Positions 33,771-43,794 are shown, counted from the stretch's first letter. The stretch: 61,373 nucleotides of DNA from Candidatus Poseidoniaceae archaeon (GCA_045568475.1 JBJLAY010000040.1:1-61373), one strand, 5' to 3'. Program-made: numbers and translations. The notes: generated by a model not told the origin, from the letters alone.

Positions 33771-34919
33771 TCACAAATCTTCGAAATCAAAGTCGTCATC
33801 GAAATCATCGAAGTCAAAATCATCGTCATCATCGTACTCTTCTTCAACGACCTTGGCCTTCTTTGGCTTGCGGCCTTTTCTTTGTAGCTTAGCAGCCTTT
33901 TTAGCTTCTTTAGCCGCAACTTTTTGTTTGCCTGTAGCCTTCTTTGTAAGGCGGGATATCATAACTAAAAGGACAATTACTCCTATCAGACCGCCTCCAG
34001 CCATTCCGATTAATTTCAAATCACTACTTGAAACGGAGTCTAGCCCTAAAGCGCTCGAGCCACCACCGGCAATTACTACATCTACTGTCACCTTAACTGG
34101 CTCAGTATCATCATCATTGGATGAATATGCCAGGAGTTCTATTTCGAAAGAAATATCCTCGTCTGGCAACTCATCGATTCCGAAAATCATTTTTCCTGCA
34201 TTAGAGGTAGCACCTGGAGCGACTGATTCTCTATATGAATCGACACCAACATACAATGGAGATTCGCTAAAGAATGCGTATCCAATACCAAGATCATCCA
34301 ATTCATCATAGTTCACAAGTTCGACAATTATGTTATCCTCAACATTTCCGTCATTGAATATGGTTAGTTGAATTGTTTCAAAATCATCTTCATCGTCAAC
34401 GGCCTCTTCTATTGTGATTGTGCTTTTGTCCAATACTTGGAATGTCATTCGAGAGTATGCCAATGAACTGATCTCCCCACCTACCTCAGATGTTGATGAG
34501 TTGGATGGGTCGAAGGCTGGGATATTAAATGGGTCTTGGCCCCAACTATCAACTCGTGCAGTTATAGTGTAATCTTCCGAAATGACAGAAATACGAGGTG
34601 ACGCCGAGAATGTCGCTACAAAGTTAGCATCTTCTCCTGCATCCAAATCAAAAGATGATTCAGAAAGAGATAATGCGAAACTGTTTCCTTCTACTTCACT
34701 GTCCAAGCTGATTGTCTCAGAAACAGAACCTGTATTTTTAACGACACAGTTGACATCTACAGGAGTGTTTTGTTCAGGATGAACATTAATTCCGATTGTT
34801 TGTTGAGTGCATTCAAGTTCAACACCAACAAGCGCTCCTTGTGCTTGTGCATTCATTGGCACAAACATGCAAAACATCAGAATTGAGATTAAAATTACTC
34901 TCTTCATAGTTTCCACCAA
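33771..34919 (-). CDS. Secreted hypothetical protein with a C-terminal TM anchor and a Lys-rich then Asp/Phe-rich cytoplasmic tail
   Basis: Signal peptide MKRVILISILMFCMFVPMNAQA. TM helix GGLIGVIVLLVMI. Tail KKATGKQKVAAKEAKKAAKLQRKGRKPKKAK...EEEYDDDDDFDFDDFDDDFDFEDL. No family recognised. Confidence 0.55.
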   Translation of the reverse strand: MVETMKRVILISILMFCMFVPMNAQAQGALVGVELECTQQTIGINVHPEQNTPVDVNCVVKNTGSVSETISLDSEVEGNSFALSLSESSFDLDAGEDANFVATFSASPRISVISEDYTITARVDSWGQDPFNIPAFDPSNSSTSEVGGEISSLAYSRMTFQVLDKSTITIEEAVDDEDDFETIQLTIFNDGNVEDNIIVELVNYDELDDLGIGYAFFSESPLYVGVDSYRESVAPGATSNAGKMIFGIDELPDEDISFEIELLAYSSNDDDTEPVKVTVDVVIAGGGSSALGLDSVSSSDLKLIGMAGGGLIGVIVLLVMISRLTKKATGKQKVAAKEAKKAAKLQRKGRKPKKAKVVEEEYDDDDDFDFDDFDDDFDFEDL

Positions 34920-34954
34920 GCATTCCGAGGAGAATTAAGGTCATGAAGTCTTGG

Positions 34955-35806
34955 TTACAATGCACCATAAATACGCTCAGGTAAGTCCTTATGACAATTA
35001 TACAATATTTCTTCATCCAAGCCGGCCGCAAGTAATTGCCGGGTTCTTTTCGGTACGGTCTTTGGACCTAGTACTGCGCCAGGCCTGCGAGGGTCATCCA
35101 TGTAATCTGTTTCAAGCATGAAACCATGAGATGAAGCCGCATGCGTCGACATCAATTCGTCGATAGAACCACTCCCTGCCAATACACTAGGCGTTAGACC
35201 GTGAGTATACGAAGAGTCGACCTTGGGGGGAGCGTAATGGCGAACCAACTTTTCTCTAGCGAGGCCTGCTTTGTCAGCCATTTGCGCCAAATCGCCATAT
35301 GTTTCATCCGATTCCCCTTCCACATGCAATTGAAGAGGTATTCCTTCCCTAGCAGCAAGGCTCATTGTTTCAAGTAATAGAGAATTAGAACGATTCCAAA
35401 TCTCTTCAGAAACTTCCCAGTGAGGCCTTCCTACTTCGCCAATTCCGTGCGCTTTGCCTTCATGAACAAACTCTAGGGCCGATTCGATGCTATCCCAGTA
35501 GTTCTCCTCAGCACGATCACCAAGAGACTCGAATTGATGAGCAAATGCTGCTGGGTGAGGGCCTAAAATTACCCGCACAGTCAAACCTAGACCTCTAACT
35601 TCTTCGGCCATTTTGATGGTGTCTGCATAAGCATTGTAATGCCCATCTCTTGTTGTAGGCGGTTGAGAGAAATCAGGGCAATGTACCAGTACTAAATCTG
35701 TACCGCCGGCACGCATGAAGTCCTTTGCAGCATCGAGATACCTACCCTTCCGGTTAAGATGGAAATGGTCGTCAAGGATTGGCCCTTTCCAATCCATAAT
35801 TCTCAC
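34955..35806 (-). CDS. TatD-like metal-dependent hydrolase (amidohydrolase superfamily)
   Basis: N-terminal LDDHFHL (HxH metal motif), later LQLHVEGE and other His/Asp/Glu positions spaced as in TatD-family TIM-barrel hydrolases. GTG 35806 or ATG 35797. Confidence 0.55.
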   Translation of the reverse strand: MRIMDWKGPILDDHFHLNRKGRYLDAAKDFMRAGGTDLVLVHCPDFSQPPTTRDGHYNAYADTIKMAEEVRGLGLTVRVILGPHPAAFAHQFESLGDRAEENYWDSIESALEFVHEGKAHGIGEVGRPHWEVSEEIWNRSNSLLLETMSLAAREGIPLQLHVEGESDETYGDLAQMADKAGLAREKLVRHYAPPKVDSSYTHGLTPSVLAGSGSIDELMSTHAASSHGFMLETDYMDDPRRPGAVLGPKTVPKRTRQLLAAGLDEEILYNCHKDLPERIYGAL

Positions 35807-36342
35807 GCCTTAAGCGATTTCTTGTCAGCGAATTTACTCTTCCAATGAATTGCTGACATCGCAACCATATTTGGATGACGAGCATTTAGTGCTACACACT
35901 TTCCATCGGCCCATATGAGTAATTCGAGATCATGCCTTGTGTCATTCAATCTCAAACATCCTAGTCTTTCATCGAAGGATGTTGTTCCACTTCCAAGGTT
36001 CATACGAAGATTGTGAACTGGAACTTGCTCTCCAAAGTTGAATGATGCCACAATTGGCCCAAGTTCTGCAACCAATCCAGAATCATCACGACCCATTCTC
36101 AGTAGCATTTCCTTCGCTGCAGCTCTTGCAGCCTCTATGCGGTGTGTACCATGAACGATTATTCGGCCTTCTGCATCGATAATCAAAGTTGCACGAGGGG
36201 CATCTAACATCTTGATAATCACATCACCATTCTTTACTCCGCCCAATCTCTCAATCGCTTCTTCAAGATCAATTGGAGGCGAAGGCGTGAACCTAACTAG
36301 TAGGTTTTCAACCCTAACTTCGATGTTGTTAGCAGAACCCAT
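35803..36342 (-). CDS. Divergent TATA-box-binding-protein-like protein
   Basis: About 180 aa made of two ~80-aa imperfect repeats with the TBP pattern: IEVRVENLLVRF...PRATLIIDAEGRIIVHGTHRIEAARAAAKEML and IVASFNFGEQ...DLELLIWADGKCVALNARHPN. ATG 36342 is preceded by GGAGGAG. It lacks the usual E(Q/E)FPG motif. Confidence 0.5.
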   Translation of the reverse strand: MGSANNIEVRVENLLVRFTPSPPIDLEEAIERLGGVKNGDVIIKMLDAPRATLIIDAEGRIIVHGTHRIEAARAAAKEMLLRMGRDDSGLVAELGPIVASFNFGEQVPVHNLRMNLGSGTTSFDERLGCLRLNDTRHDLELLIWADGKCVALNARHPNMVAMSAIHWKSKFADKKSLKA

Positions 36343-36344
36343 AA

Positions 36345-37142
36345 TCACTCCTCCTCTCTATCCGAAGAGACGGAGAGTGATGAACTCTCCTCTGCATCTG
36401 GTAGTTTTTCTAATGCTATCAGCATTGATTCCTTACTCGCTTGTTGTAATGGAACCATCAGAACTGCATCATCGCCATGATCTTCCCTAAGGGTTGCTAA
36501 TCCTCCACGCAGTCTTGCCGCAAACCTCGTATCTTTCTCAATATTTAGTTCCTCATCAGAGTTTTCTCGGTTCAAAGTCCACCATGTTGCAGCTAAAGCG
36601 CTTGCTGCTTGCAAACCATCTGGTTCTCTAACAGGTTGGTCAACAACGTGCTTACGCATTTTTTTGATACATTTGCGCCACCTCCTAGAGGTGAAAACTA
36701 TCCTTAGTAATTTGAAAGGGCGAGTCATAGCCTTAGCTTCTTTTTCAAGGAATTCTGCCCAGTCTTCATCATCCATATCTGGTTCTGCAAAAAACAGAGA
36801 GCGCCCATGATTGACCGCAGCCTTGTGTAAGCGACGTGGTTCGGGGTCAGGGAACTTGCCTACTTGTAACCCTTCAACCCAGGTCAACATTTCTAGATAG
36901 AGGCCATCTAGACCACCATTCAGAATTGCGCTATCTAAGTTAATACCCGAATCTTCCGACTCTGACTTATCTTCTTCGTCCCATACTTCTGGCTCTTCAC
37001 TAGAACCCATGATTGCTAGACCATGCCACGTAATCCTAGGGCGCATCCCATTGGGCATAACGACCGTAGGTAGGACTCCATGGAGCACTATTGTGCCACC
37101 ATCGGGGTCTTTCCAATGAATATCTTCCCAATCGAGATTCAT
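36345..37142 (-). CDS. Hypothetical acidic protein
   Basis: About 265-aa ORF, tightly packed between the giant gene (stop 37149) and the TBP-like gene. No recognisable motif. Confidence 0.5.
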   Translation of the reverse strand: MNLDWEDIHWKDPDGGTIVLHGVLPTVVMPNGMRPRITWHGLAIMGSSEEPEVWDEEDKSESEDSGINLDSAILNGGLDGLYLEMLTWVEGLQVGKFPDPEPRRLHKAAVNHGRSLFFAEPDMDDEDWAEFLEKEAKAMTRPFKLLRIVFTSRRWRKCIKKMRKHVVDQPVREPDGLQAASALAATWWTLNRENSDEELNIEKDTRFAARLRGGLATLREDHGDDAVLMVPLQQASKESMLIALEKLPDAEESSSLSVSSDREEE

Positions 37143-37148
37143 GCTCAA

Positions 37149-40100
37149 TCACTGATTTTCGTTGACCCAGTCTCGTAGTGTAGCAATATCCCACCCTTGG
37201 TCAAAGTATCCCTGGATGGTTGCTTGATCCCATTGAGGGAATTCGGCGAGAGCCGCAGCCATAGTTGGATCTACACTCGGTGCCGCAGCAGGTGGACCAG
37301 AAGTTGGAGGGCCTGCTACTGGAATCTCAGCATAGGTCTTATCTTCTTCTTCAAATTCATATTCATACTCGTAAGTTCCATCGCCAGAATCACGTTTTGC
37401 TAGTATTACTACAGCAACTAACAGAATCAGAATTAATGCACCTAGACCTACAACAATAAGCATTCCAGAACCTGACAAGAAACCTTCATCAGCAGACTGT
37501 TCTGCTACATTGAAAGACTTAGATTCTTTAGAACCGTTCCACAATATATCATTGGACTCAGCGTCTACAATCAAGAAATACATACCACTTGTTGGGCTAG
37601 CAAATATCTCGAGTTCATCAACGTCTATTTCTGACATTGTACCTTGCTCGATGTCTTCAGTTGTCCATGTATATTCTGTAGTAGGGAATCCTCCTTCTTT
37701 CACAGACTGTATCTCTAGAGTAATATTGCCATCCTTGGTACCGATGTTCTGTAACAAAATTTCCAATGAAGGAGTCTGTCCTACTTCTGGATTCTTTGGA
37801 GTCATTGCTACAGCGATTACCTCGAACTTTGCTTCCTCGTATACCAATCGGTATTGAGAATTATGAACTGGATCATCAGAATAAATTGAGCTTATTCCTC
37901 CAGCACTATTTGGGCCACCTCCATCAATTGACCAACCAGCAGAATCACGACCCTCAATCCACATTACTAGATCAATCGAATTGATTTGTGCCTGTGTTGG
38001 GTCTTGTGGGTCTGGCCACAAATCAACACAATCTGCACTGACCAAGTAATCGCCACCTTGGATCTTCAAATCCATAGGGGTAGACTGAGGCTCTGCACCG
38101 CCGAAGCGCTGACCGTAAACTGGCCATGTTAGATTTGAGTCTGCATCTGTGTAGAAAGACCACAGCAAGTTTACTTCTCCAGCAAGTAGAGCCGCATTCT
38201 CTTCTATCTTTGCTTGAACATCAACACAATGCATAGTAGATGAAGGCATGGTACTGCCTAATACATCCTGGTTTATTCCAGATTTTGCAGACCATGAATC
38301 ATCATCCATTTCTGGTTGAATACCGTCTACCTTTATCTTGAAAGTACTACAACCGAATGCATTGTTTCCATCACAAATTGAAGATGTAGTATCAGTTGCA
38401 CCATCTGGTAAGTCTACCAGGCGGAATGTGTAAGTGTACTCATTTGTAACTGGAGGGGCTGTGATGTTGATACTGAACGCTCCTCCGTCAATAGTATGCA
38501 AAGTTGGCCCATCTGTCTTGGCACCATCAGCGCCGCCTGCAGGGTATGGGAAGTATCCTTTACTTCCATCCATTGTAGCTTCAAGTCTGGTAACCTCAAG
38601 GGTAAACTCTCCTTCTGGTAACACGTAAACACCATTGTTAATTCCATCAACATAAGCGTATTTACCTTCCATTGTAATAGTATCAAGAGGGAATACGAAT
38701 GCAACTTCTACATTTTGTGAGAACGGCTCAGATACATCTGTAAATGTAGGACTGATTCCATTCCTGTAATCTAACTGGATTCCATCGCTGTAGACCCAGC
38801 GTTGCTTGTGCCTACCGCCAGATTCACTCATCAAAGATGGATCTCTATCCATATCCTTAATCCTCAACTGAGGAACATATGTGGTAGATTCAATTCCGAT
38901 AATATCCCAATTCATTCTAATTGGTAAATCCAAATAGAATTCATCTTCGAATGCATCTACTAAGCGTCCGCCATCCATTCGTAGAACTTCTGGACCTTCG
39001 CTCTCATTACTCGCTGTAACGATTTCGATATCCGTGGAGTCTGTCCAAGCAGTCTCGTTACGAGGTGAATAGTACACAACCATATCCTCAGGCCCTAGAT
39101 CGATTTCGAAGTAATTGATATCTCTCCAACCATTTTCATCGGTTGCCTCTACTATCAAGTGGTATTCATTACCAGCGTACATGGTCATATTCCATGGTCC
39201 TTGATAGAACGGAGCACCTTCGTTAGGATTGTGTAACCTTTCACCATCTGAATTTTCAATGAAGAAGTTTCTGATGTTTGGAGTCTTTGCATCCATTGAA
39301 ACATAAGTCACCAAGTCATCATTGAAACCAGGTAACCCACCTTCTATCTTGTTTCCACCAAGGTCTGCACCTTCAATGTAGATACTTACCTTACCGGGAG
39401 GGTCTTGCCCCTTATTGGCATCATCGCTAAATATTCCAGAGTAATTTGCAGTAGGTGCATTTCCATCACTTGTTAAAACTAAGGATGCATATTCATCAGG
39501 GTCTGCAATTCCGTCCATGTCAGTGTCATGGTCATACTCAACCCAGTAGAACATGTCTAAAGTGCTAGGAGGAGCAGGAATATCTTGAGCCAGAACTCTG
39601 ACCTTCTGTTGGGAATTAGGTAGAACCCAGGTGTCATCTACAAGTCCTCTCCAGTTGGACCAAATTGTAGGATCATAGTTAGAGGATTTTAGAACAGAGA
39701 TATTTACCAAACTCGGAGAGAATGTATCGATTGATAGGTTGAAAGGAATTGCACAGTCCTCATCAGATACAATAGGAGTTGGAGGGCATAGCGTATCTCC
39801 ACCCTCATATCCATCAAGCATGAATCTGTAAGTTGCCTGCCCTGCAGCAGTAAATCCAAGGTTTACTTCCCAGTTGAAGTTACCACCAATTATTCCTGTA
39901 GAATTAGAGACTTCTACCCATTCTGAAACAACAGAACCGTTGATTGATTGGACATCCCAGCGTTGTAGTGAGAGGTTGTACGAGGTTGGGTCAGGTGAAA
40001 TATCTAAACCTTCGAGACGGATAGTTCCGACCAGTTCAATATTCTGATTTGAACTTGCAGATGTTAAATTCTGCACAACTCCAGCATCATTTAGAAGTTG

Positions 40101-42968
40101 GAAAGTGGAAATCATAGCATCGTTCTCGATTGCATTTCCATTAACTGGCGCTAGCACTACAGCGCCAGGAAGGCCATTTACTCCATCAGATGCGATTAGG
40201 CTTGCATACAACCTTAACTCAGCTGTATCTTCCCATGCAGTGTTAATTCTGAATCTCCAAGTGACCTGCATCTCGTCACCCGCTTCGGTGTATGTTGAAG
40301 ATTCCATAGTCACTAAATTGTGAGGGTCGTATGCCTCTGTGAAAAGAGATAATTCTGAGAATGCTAATTCCACGACTCCACTAGATGATTCCATACGTAG
40401 TCTTGCTTCAACAAATGTAGAGCCTGTCGATTGATCAACACTGTGAGTAGAGATTGCTTCCACAATATCGCCATTAGGATACAACCCCTCCGGACTACCA
40501 GGTAGAGTTAGTGTTGAGTCATAGCCGGTTGAAGTTGTTATTGAAAGGTCTGAGAACTGCACAGCCCCTCCGCTACCAGCAGACAGTGAAAGAGGAACGT
40601 CAACATTAGCACCAGTGCCTAGAGCAATACCTTGATTCAATTCCCTGTCGAAGTTATGTGAACTAGTAAGAGAGGTTTCCCAATCGTAGAACACGTCAAG
40701 GTGACTAATTGTCACTTCAGTTCCACTGGATGCATTTATGTTAACAATCTCGAATTTGAAAGTCGCCCAATTGTTATCATATTCATCAATGTATGATGGT
40801 TGTAAAAGTGGATTAGTAAGTATAGAATTCAAAGCATCTTTCAATTGAAGCATTGGATATACGGTGTCGTAAGATATCAACGATTTGTTTTCAACTGTTC
40901 CCAAATCAAATTCCTGCCCACTACTAGATACCAATTTGATATCAAATGCACCAGCAGAATTGTTCGACATTATGACGTCGGCCAAATATACTTCAGCACC
41001 CATTGGGAGCATGAAGCTACCACCTGATGCTTCACCATAGGTGTCTAATGTGAGAGTTGCCTTGTCCATACCATGATTCATACCGTTAGCAAATCCTGCC
41101 CATAGAGTACTTTGTCTTCCAAATGAACCGAATGCTGGTTCATTCATTGCCCACTCGACATCACCATCTTCTGCGATATCTAAGCTTACTCCTTCAGCAT
41201 TATGCCCGAATTCGAGATCGAACCAGATTTCAGACATACCACAAGAGTTGTTGTAAGAAACTAGACCAGTAAATCCTAAAATTGGCACATCAGGTATCCA
41301 TTTTTGTCCAACTGTAAGATTAACAATTGAATTGTTCCGTAAGTTTAGTTCGACTGCTGGTTCTTCTAAACAATCATCTACAACAACTGGGGTGACGCCA
41401 ACTATTGGTTGAGAGAATCTCGTACTGTACAGTGGAGGGTCGAATGAATTGTCCACTATTGTAGGCGTGTAAAACAAAAGGTTGCCCTCTCCCGGAGTTT
41501 GCCAAACCCCGTCAATAACCATTGGATCTAATACGACATTTGTGTCATTTAATCCAGTTCCAACTCTAGTGCCAATGTTCAGACCGTGTAGAACGGATGT
41601 TGACAACTTGTATTGGCCTGTATCGAAATCAAACCTCAAATCGATCACAGGGTATTCTGATGAATCGATACCCCAAAGTTCGATGATTGGCCCTTCTAAA
41701 CCGGTCATCTGATTACCATCAACATCTACCACAACCTCTGTTGTGCTACCTCGTAATATTGTTACTGTTAGTGAGTTAGTAGGAGTGGTTTCATGTTCGA
41801 GATTTAGGATTCCGTATCCATCAGGGAAACCTGGGTTAGGACTTTGTTTTGGAGTGAAGCCTTTGACTGTCATTGAGCCTGATTGAGGGAGAGGATCTCC
41901 CATGCGGAAGTCGTCAATGAACCAACCAGGCATGGTTGTGTTTTCAGGAGCACCGCTACCTGAATTGTGAGTTAGAACAAACTTCAGTTGGACATATTTC
42001 TGCACGTGCTCATTGAGATTGAGAGCTAGTGTTGCCCAACCACCTGGGTTTTGTGTAGGATGAGTTGATTCTCCGCCTAATGCGTAATCAGTACCAGTCA
42101 GACTGTCACAACTCTGTATTCTTCCATTTCCAATTCCGATTGGATAAAGACCGTTAGCATAACTAATTCCGGTAGAGTTAGTAGCATCGAATTCGATGTG
42201 GCTCCAACCTGTTTCTGGTGGAGGGAAATTCGGTGATGATGAATTTCTAACCATCACATAGCCACAGTCGTAGTATGTGTTTGTTGGATTAGTACCCGGA
42301 TTTGTTTGAGTCCAATGAAGTCCATGCCAACTTGAGAATTTAGCAATTGGAGAGTTTGGATCAACTTCCATAGATGGAGTTATCATGCTGTAAGAAAATG
42401 TACCACCCTCGTCATCAGTGGTGTAATCATTATCGAAATCATAGATGTTTGTACCCCAGCATTCATTACCAGTGTTACACTTTTCATTTAGAACCATGTT
42501 GTCTGTTAGTTGACCATGCTCCCATCCAGTCGCTTCGAAAACTGGCGGTTGAGTGAAATCAACAAACGAGCCATCTGTGCGTTCGAAGTCAGTAGAAAGG
42601 CCTCCGCTGACTAATTGTACCGTGTCTTCATTGTATGTAAAATCGGATAATGTTGAATATTCAGTCTGTTGATTATTGTATGTAGGGTCCCATACATATT
42701 GAGCGGTTTCAGAATTGATTGATGAATAGGTTTCATGAGTAGCCATATCTGTTGAAATCATCATTGAAGCCCCTGTAACCGTATCGCCGGATGGAAGAGT
42801 TATGGTTCCGTCCACACTATTTGTGTAATCAGGGCCATCTCTAACTTCAACAGTAACTTCACTTCCATTACTGCCGAATGTGGTGATGTTTGCGGCTCCT
42901 GCTAATGGGCAAATAAGCATCAAACATGTGAATACCAAAGCGGTTATTGCATTCTTATTATCATTCAT
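37149..42968 (-). CDS. Giant (~1940 aa) secreted surface protein with a C-terminal TM anchor; no recognisable domains
   Basis: The start is taken at MNDNKNAITALVFTCLMLICPLAGAANI (ATG 42968). It is Thr/Ser/Asn/Asp-rich with beta-rich-looking composition. C-terminal helix MLIVVGLGALILILLVAVVILA and an acidic/Pro-rich tail. Confidence 0.7.
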   Translation of the reverse strand: MNDNKNAITALVFTCLMLICPLAGAANITTFGSNGSEVTVEVRDGPDYTNSVDGTITLPSGDTVTGASMMISTDMATHETYSSINSETAQYVWDPTYNNQQTEYSTLSDFTYNEDTVQLVSGGLSTDFERTDGSFVDFTQPPVFEATGWEHGQLTDNMVLNEKCNTGNECWGTNIYDFDNDYTTDDEGGTFSYSMITPSMEVDPNSPIAKFSSWHGLHWTQTNPGTNPTNTYYDCGYVMVRNSSSPNFPPPETGWSHIEFDATNSTGISYANGLYPIGIGNGRIQSCDSLTGTDYALGGESTHPTQNPGGWATLALNLNEHVQKYVQLKFVLTHNSGSGAPENTTMPGWFIDDFRMGDPLPQSGSMTVKGFTPKQSPNPGFPDGYGILNLEHETTPTNSLTVTILRGSTTEVVVDVDGNQMTGLEGPIIELWGIDSSEYPVIDLRFDFDTGQYKLSTSVLHGLNIGTRVGTGLNDTNVVLDPMVIDGVWQTPGEGNLLFYTPTIVDNSFDPPLYSTRFSQPIVGVTPVVVDDCLEEPAVELNLRNNSIVNLTVGQKWIPDVPILGFTGLVSYNNSCGMSEIWFDLEFGHNAEGVSLDIAEDGDVEWAMNEPAFGSFGRQSTLWAGFANGMNHGMDKATLTLDTYGEASGGSFMLPMGAEVYLADVIMSNNSAGAFDIKLVSSSGQEFDLGTVENKSLISYDTVYPMLQLKDALNSILTNPLLQPSYIDEYDNNWATFKFEIVNINASSGTEVTISHLDVFYDWETSLTSSHNFDRELNQGIALGTGANVDVPLSLSAGSGGAVQFSDLSITTSTGYDSTLTLPGSPEGLYPNGDIVEAISTHSVDQSTGSTFVEARLRMESSSGVVELAFSELSLFTEAYDPHNLVTMESSTYTEAGDEMQVTWRFRINTAWEDTAELRLYASLIASDGVNGLPGAVVLAPVNGNAIENDAMISTFQLLNDAGVVQNLTSASSNQNIELVGTIRLEGLDISPDPTSYNLSLQRWDVQSINGSVVSEWVEVSNSTGIIGGNFNWEVNLGFTAAGQATYRFMLDGYEGGDTLCPPTPIVSDEDCAIPFNLSIDTFSPSLVNISVLKSSNYDPTIWSNWRGLVDDTWVLPNSQQKVRVLAQDIPAPPSTLDMFYWVEYDHDTDMDGIADPDEYASLVLTSDGNAPTANYSGIFSDDANKGQDPPGKVSIYIEGADLGGNKIEGGLPGFNDDLVTYVSMDAKTPNIRNFFIENSDGERLHNPNEGAPFYQGPWNMTMYAGNEYHLIVEATDENGWRDINYFEIDLGPEDMVVYYSPRNETAWTDSTDIEIVTASNESEGPEVLRMDGGRLVDAFEDEFYLDLPIRMNWDIIGIESTTYVPQLRIKDMDRDPSLMSESGGRHKQRWVYSDGIQLDYRNGISPTFTDVSEPFSQNVEVAFVFPLDTITMEGKYAYVDGINNGVYVLPEGEFTLEVTRLEATMDGSKGYFPYPAGGADGAKTDGPTLHTIDGGAFSINITAPPVTNEYTYTFRLVDLPDGATDTTSSICDGNNAFGCSTFKIKVDGIQPEMDDDSWSAKSGINQDVLGSTMPSSTMHCVDVQAKIEENAALLAGEVNLLWSFYTDADSNLTWPVYGQRFGGAEPQSTPMDLKIQGGDYLVSADCVDLWPDPQDPTQAQINSIDLVMWIEGRDSAGWSIDGGGPNSAGGISSIYSDDPVHNSQYRLVYEEAKFEVIAVAMTPKNPEVGQTPSLEILLQNIGTKDGNITLEIQSVKEGGFPTTEYTWTTEDIEQGTMSEIDVDELEIFASPTSGMYFLIVDAESNDILWNGSKESKSFNVAEQSADEGFLSGSGMLIVVGLGALILILLVAVVILAKRDSGDGTYEYEYEFEEEDKTYAEIPVAGPPTSGPPAAAPSVDPTMAAALAEFPQWDQATIQGYFDQGWDIATLRDWVNENQ

Positions 42969-43032
42969 GGGGCTACCCTCTCTCCTCTTCCAGTCCAGTC
43001 TGACATAAAAGACCGACGGGGAAGTGTCTGAG

Positions 43033-43060
43033 CGGGTTCCCCCCTTTAGGGGGGTACCCG
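43033..43060 (-). terminator. GC-clamp hairpin (C6-loop-G6 core) just downstream of the ThiI-like gene
   Basis: Reads cgggttcccccc-ttta-ggggggtacccg: 11 bp with one T-T mismatch. It lies 7 nt past the stop at 43067. No oligo-T follows, so terminator function is only a guess. Confidence 0.3.
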
Positions 43061-43066
43061 GTAATC

Positions 43067-43732
43067 TCAAAGAGACACTAATTTAGATTGCGAAAAACTT
43101 GTGAAAGCGAGGTGCTGCAAGCCACCGGCTCTCTCTTCGGATTGCTCTAACCATTCCTTATTAGCCACTGTTGTAGGCTTCTTAGGCCCTAAAGCGTCAC
43201 ATACTTCTGGTCCTTCACTGATAGAAAGTGTGCCGATTTTCCTAGCCATTGTCATAATAGTAACTTTATCGAAGGCCAATAATGGCCTAAGGGGGTGTAA
43301 ATCAGTGGCGATCTCAACACCTCCTAAGTTCCCGAGTGTTTGGCTAGAAACTTGGCCTAGATTTTCACCAGTAAGTACATGCGTTGCACCCACTTCATTA
43401 CCTCGGAGTGTTGCAATAGAATTGAATAACCGTTTCATATGGATGAAGTATTCTGTGTGATTCCATTTTTCGGTGAAAAGTGCTAATTGTTCAGCGACTG
43501 GAACTACTATTAAATCCCTGGATAGATTTTCTCTGGCTGCATCACCAAGGGGGCCTTCCAATTCTAATAAATGTCTGAGTAATGCGATTGTCTTCTGCTC
43601 AGCAGCAGGACCGGTCACCTGCTCTTGAGATGCATGTAAAGGATAGACTTTCCAGCCTTTCATCAACATTCTAGCAACTGCTACTGGGGAATCAATCCCT
43701 CCACTAACGAGTGCTATGCAAATACCCGCCAT
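43067..43732 (-). CDS. PP-loop ATPase, ThiI-like tRNA sulfurtransferase catalytic domain only (no THUMP domain)
   Basis: MAGICIALVSGGIDSPVA (SGGxDS PP-loop), with the ThiI-like remainder (..VLTGENLGQVSSQTL..). About 220 aa. Confidence 0.65.
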   Translation of the reverse strand: MAGICIALVSGGIDSPVAVARMLMKGWKVYPLHASQEQVTGPAAEQKTIALLRHLLELEGPLGDAARENLSRDLIVVPVAEQLALFTEKWNHTEYFIHMKRLFNSIATLRGNEVGATHVLTGENLGQVSSQTLGNLGGVEIATDLHPLRPLLAFDKVTIMTMARKIGTLSISEGPEVCDALGPKKPTTVANKEWLEQSEERAGGLQHLAFTSFSQSKLVSL

Positions 43733-43794
43733 GATACAACGGCGTAGATTATACTTCATCAAATCTCACATTAAGTGGGGAAATCGTACATGGA

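Noticed and set aside
33760-34311. A 183-aa plus-strand ORF rich in Ser/Lys repeats (SKSKSSSKSSKSKSSSSS...).
   Set aside because: It is an antisense shadow of the 382-aa anchored-protein gene. Its low-complexity run is simply the reverse complement of that gene's Asp/Phe/Lys tail.
42969-43070. The 34-codon N-terminal extension of the giant ORF (MRLPGTPLKGGTRSDTSPSVFYVRLDWKRREGSP).
   Set aside because: It contains the GC-clamp hairpin and abuts the upstream gene. A textbook signal peptide starts at the Met at 42968.
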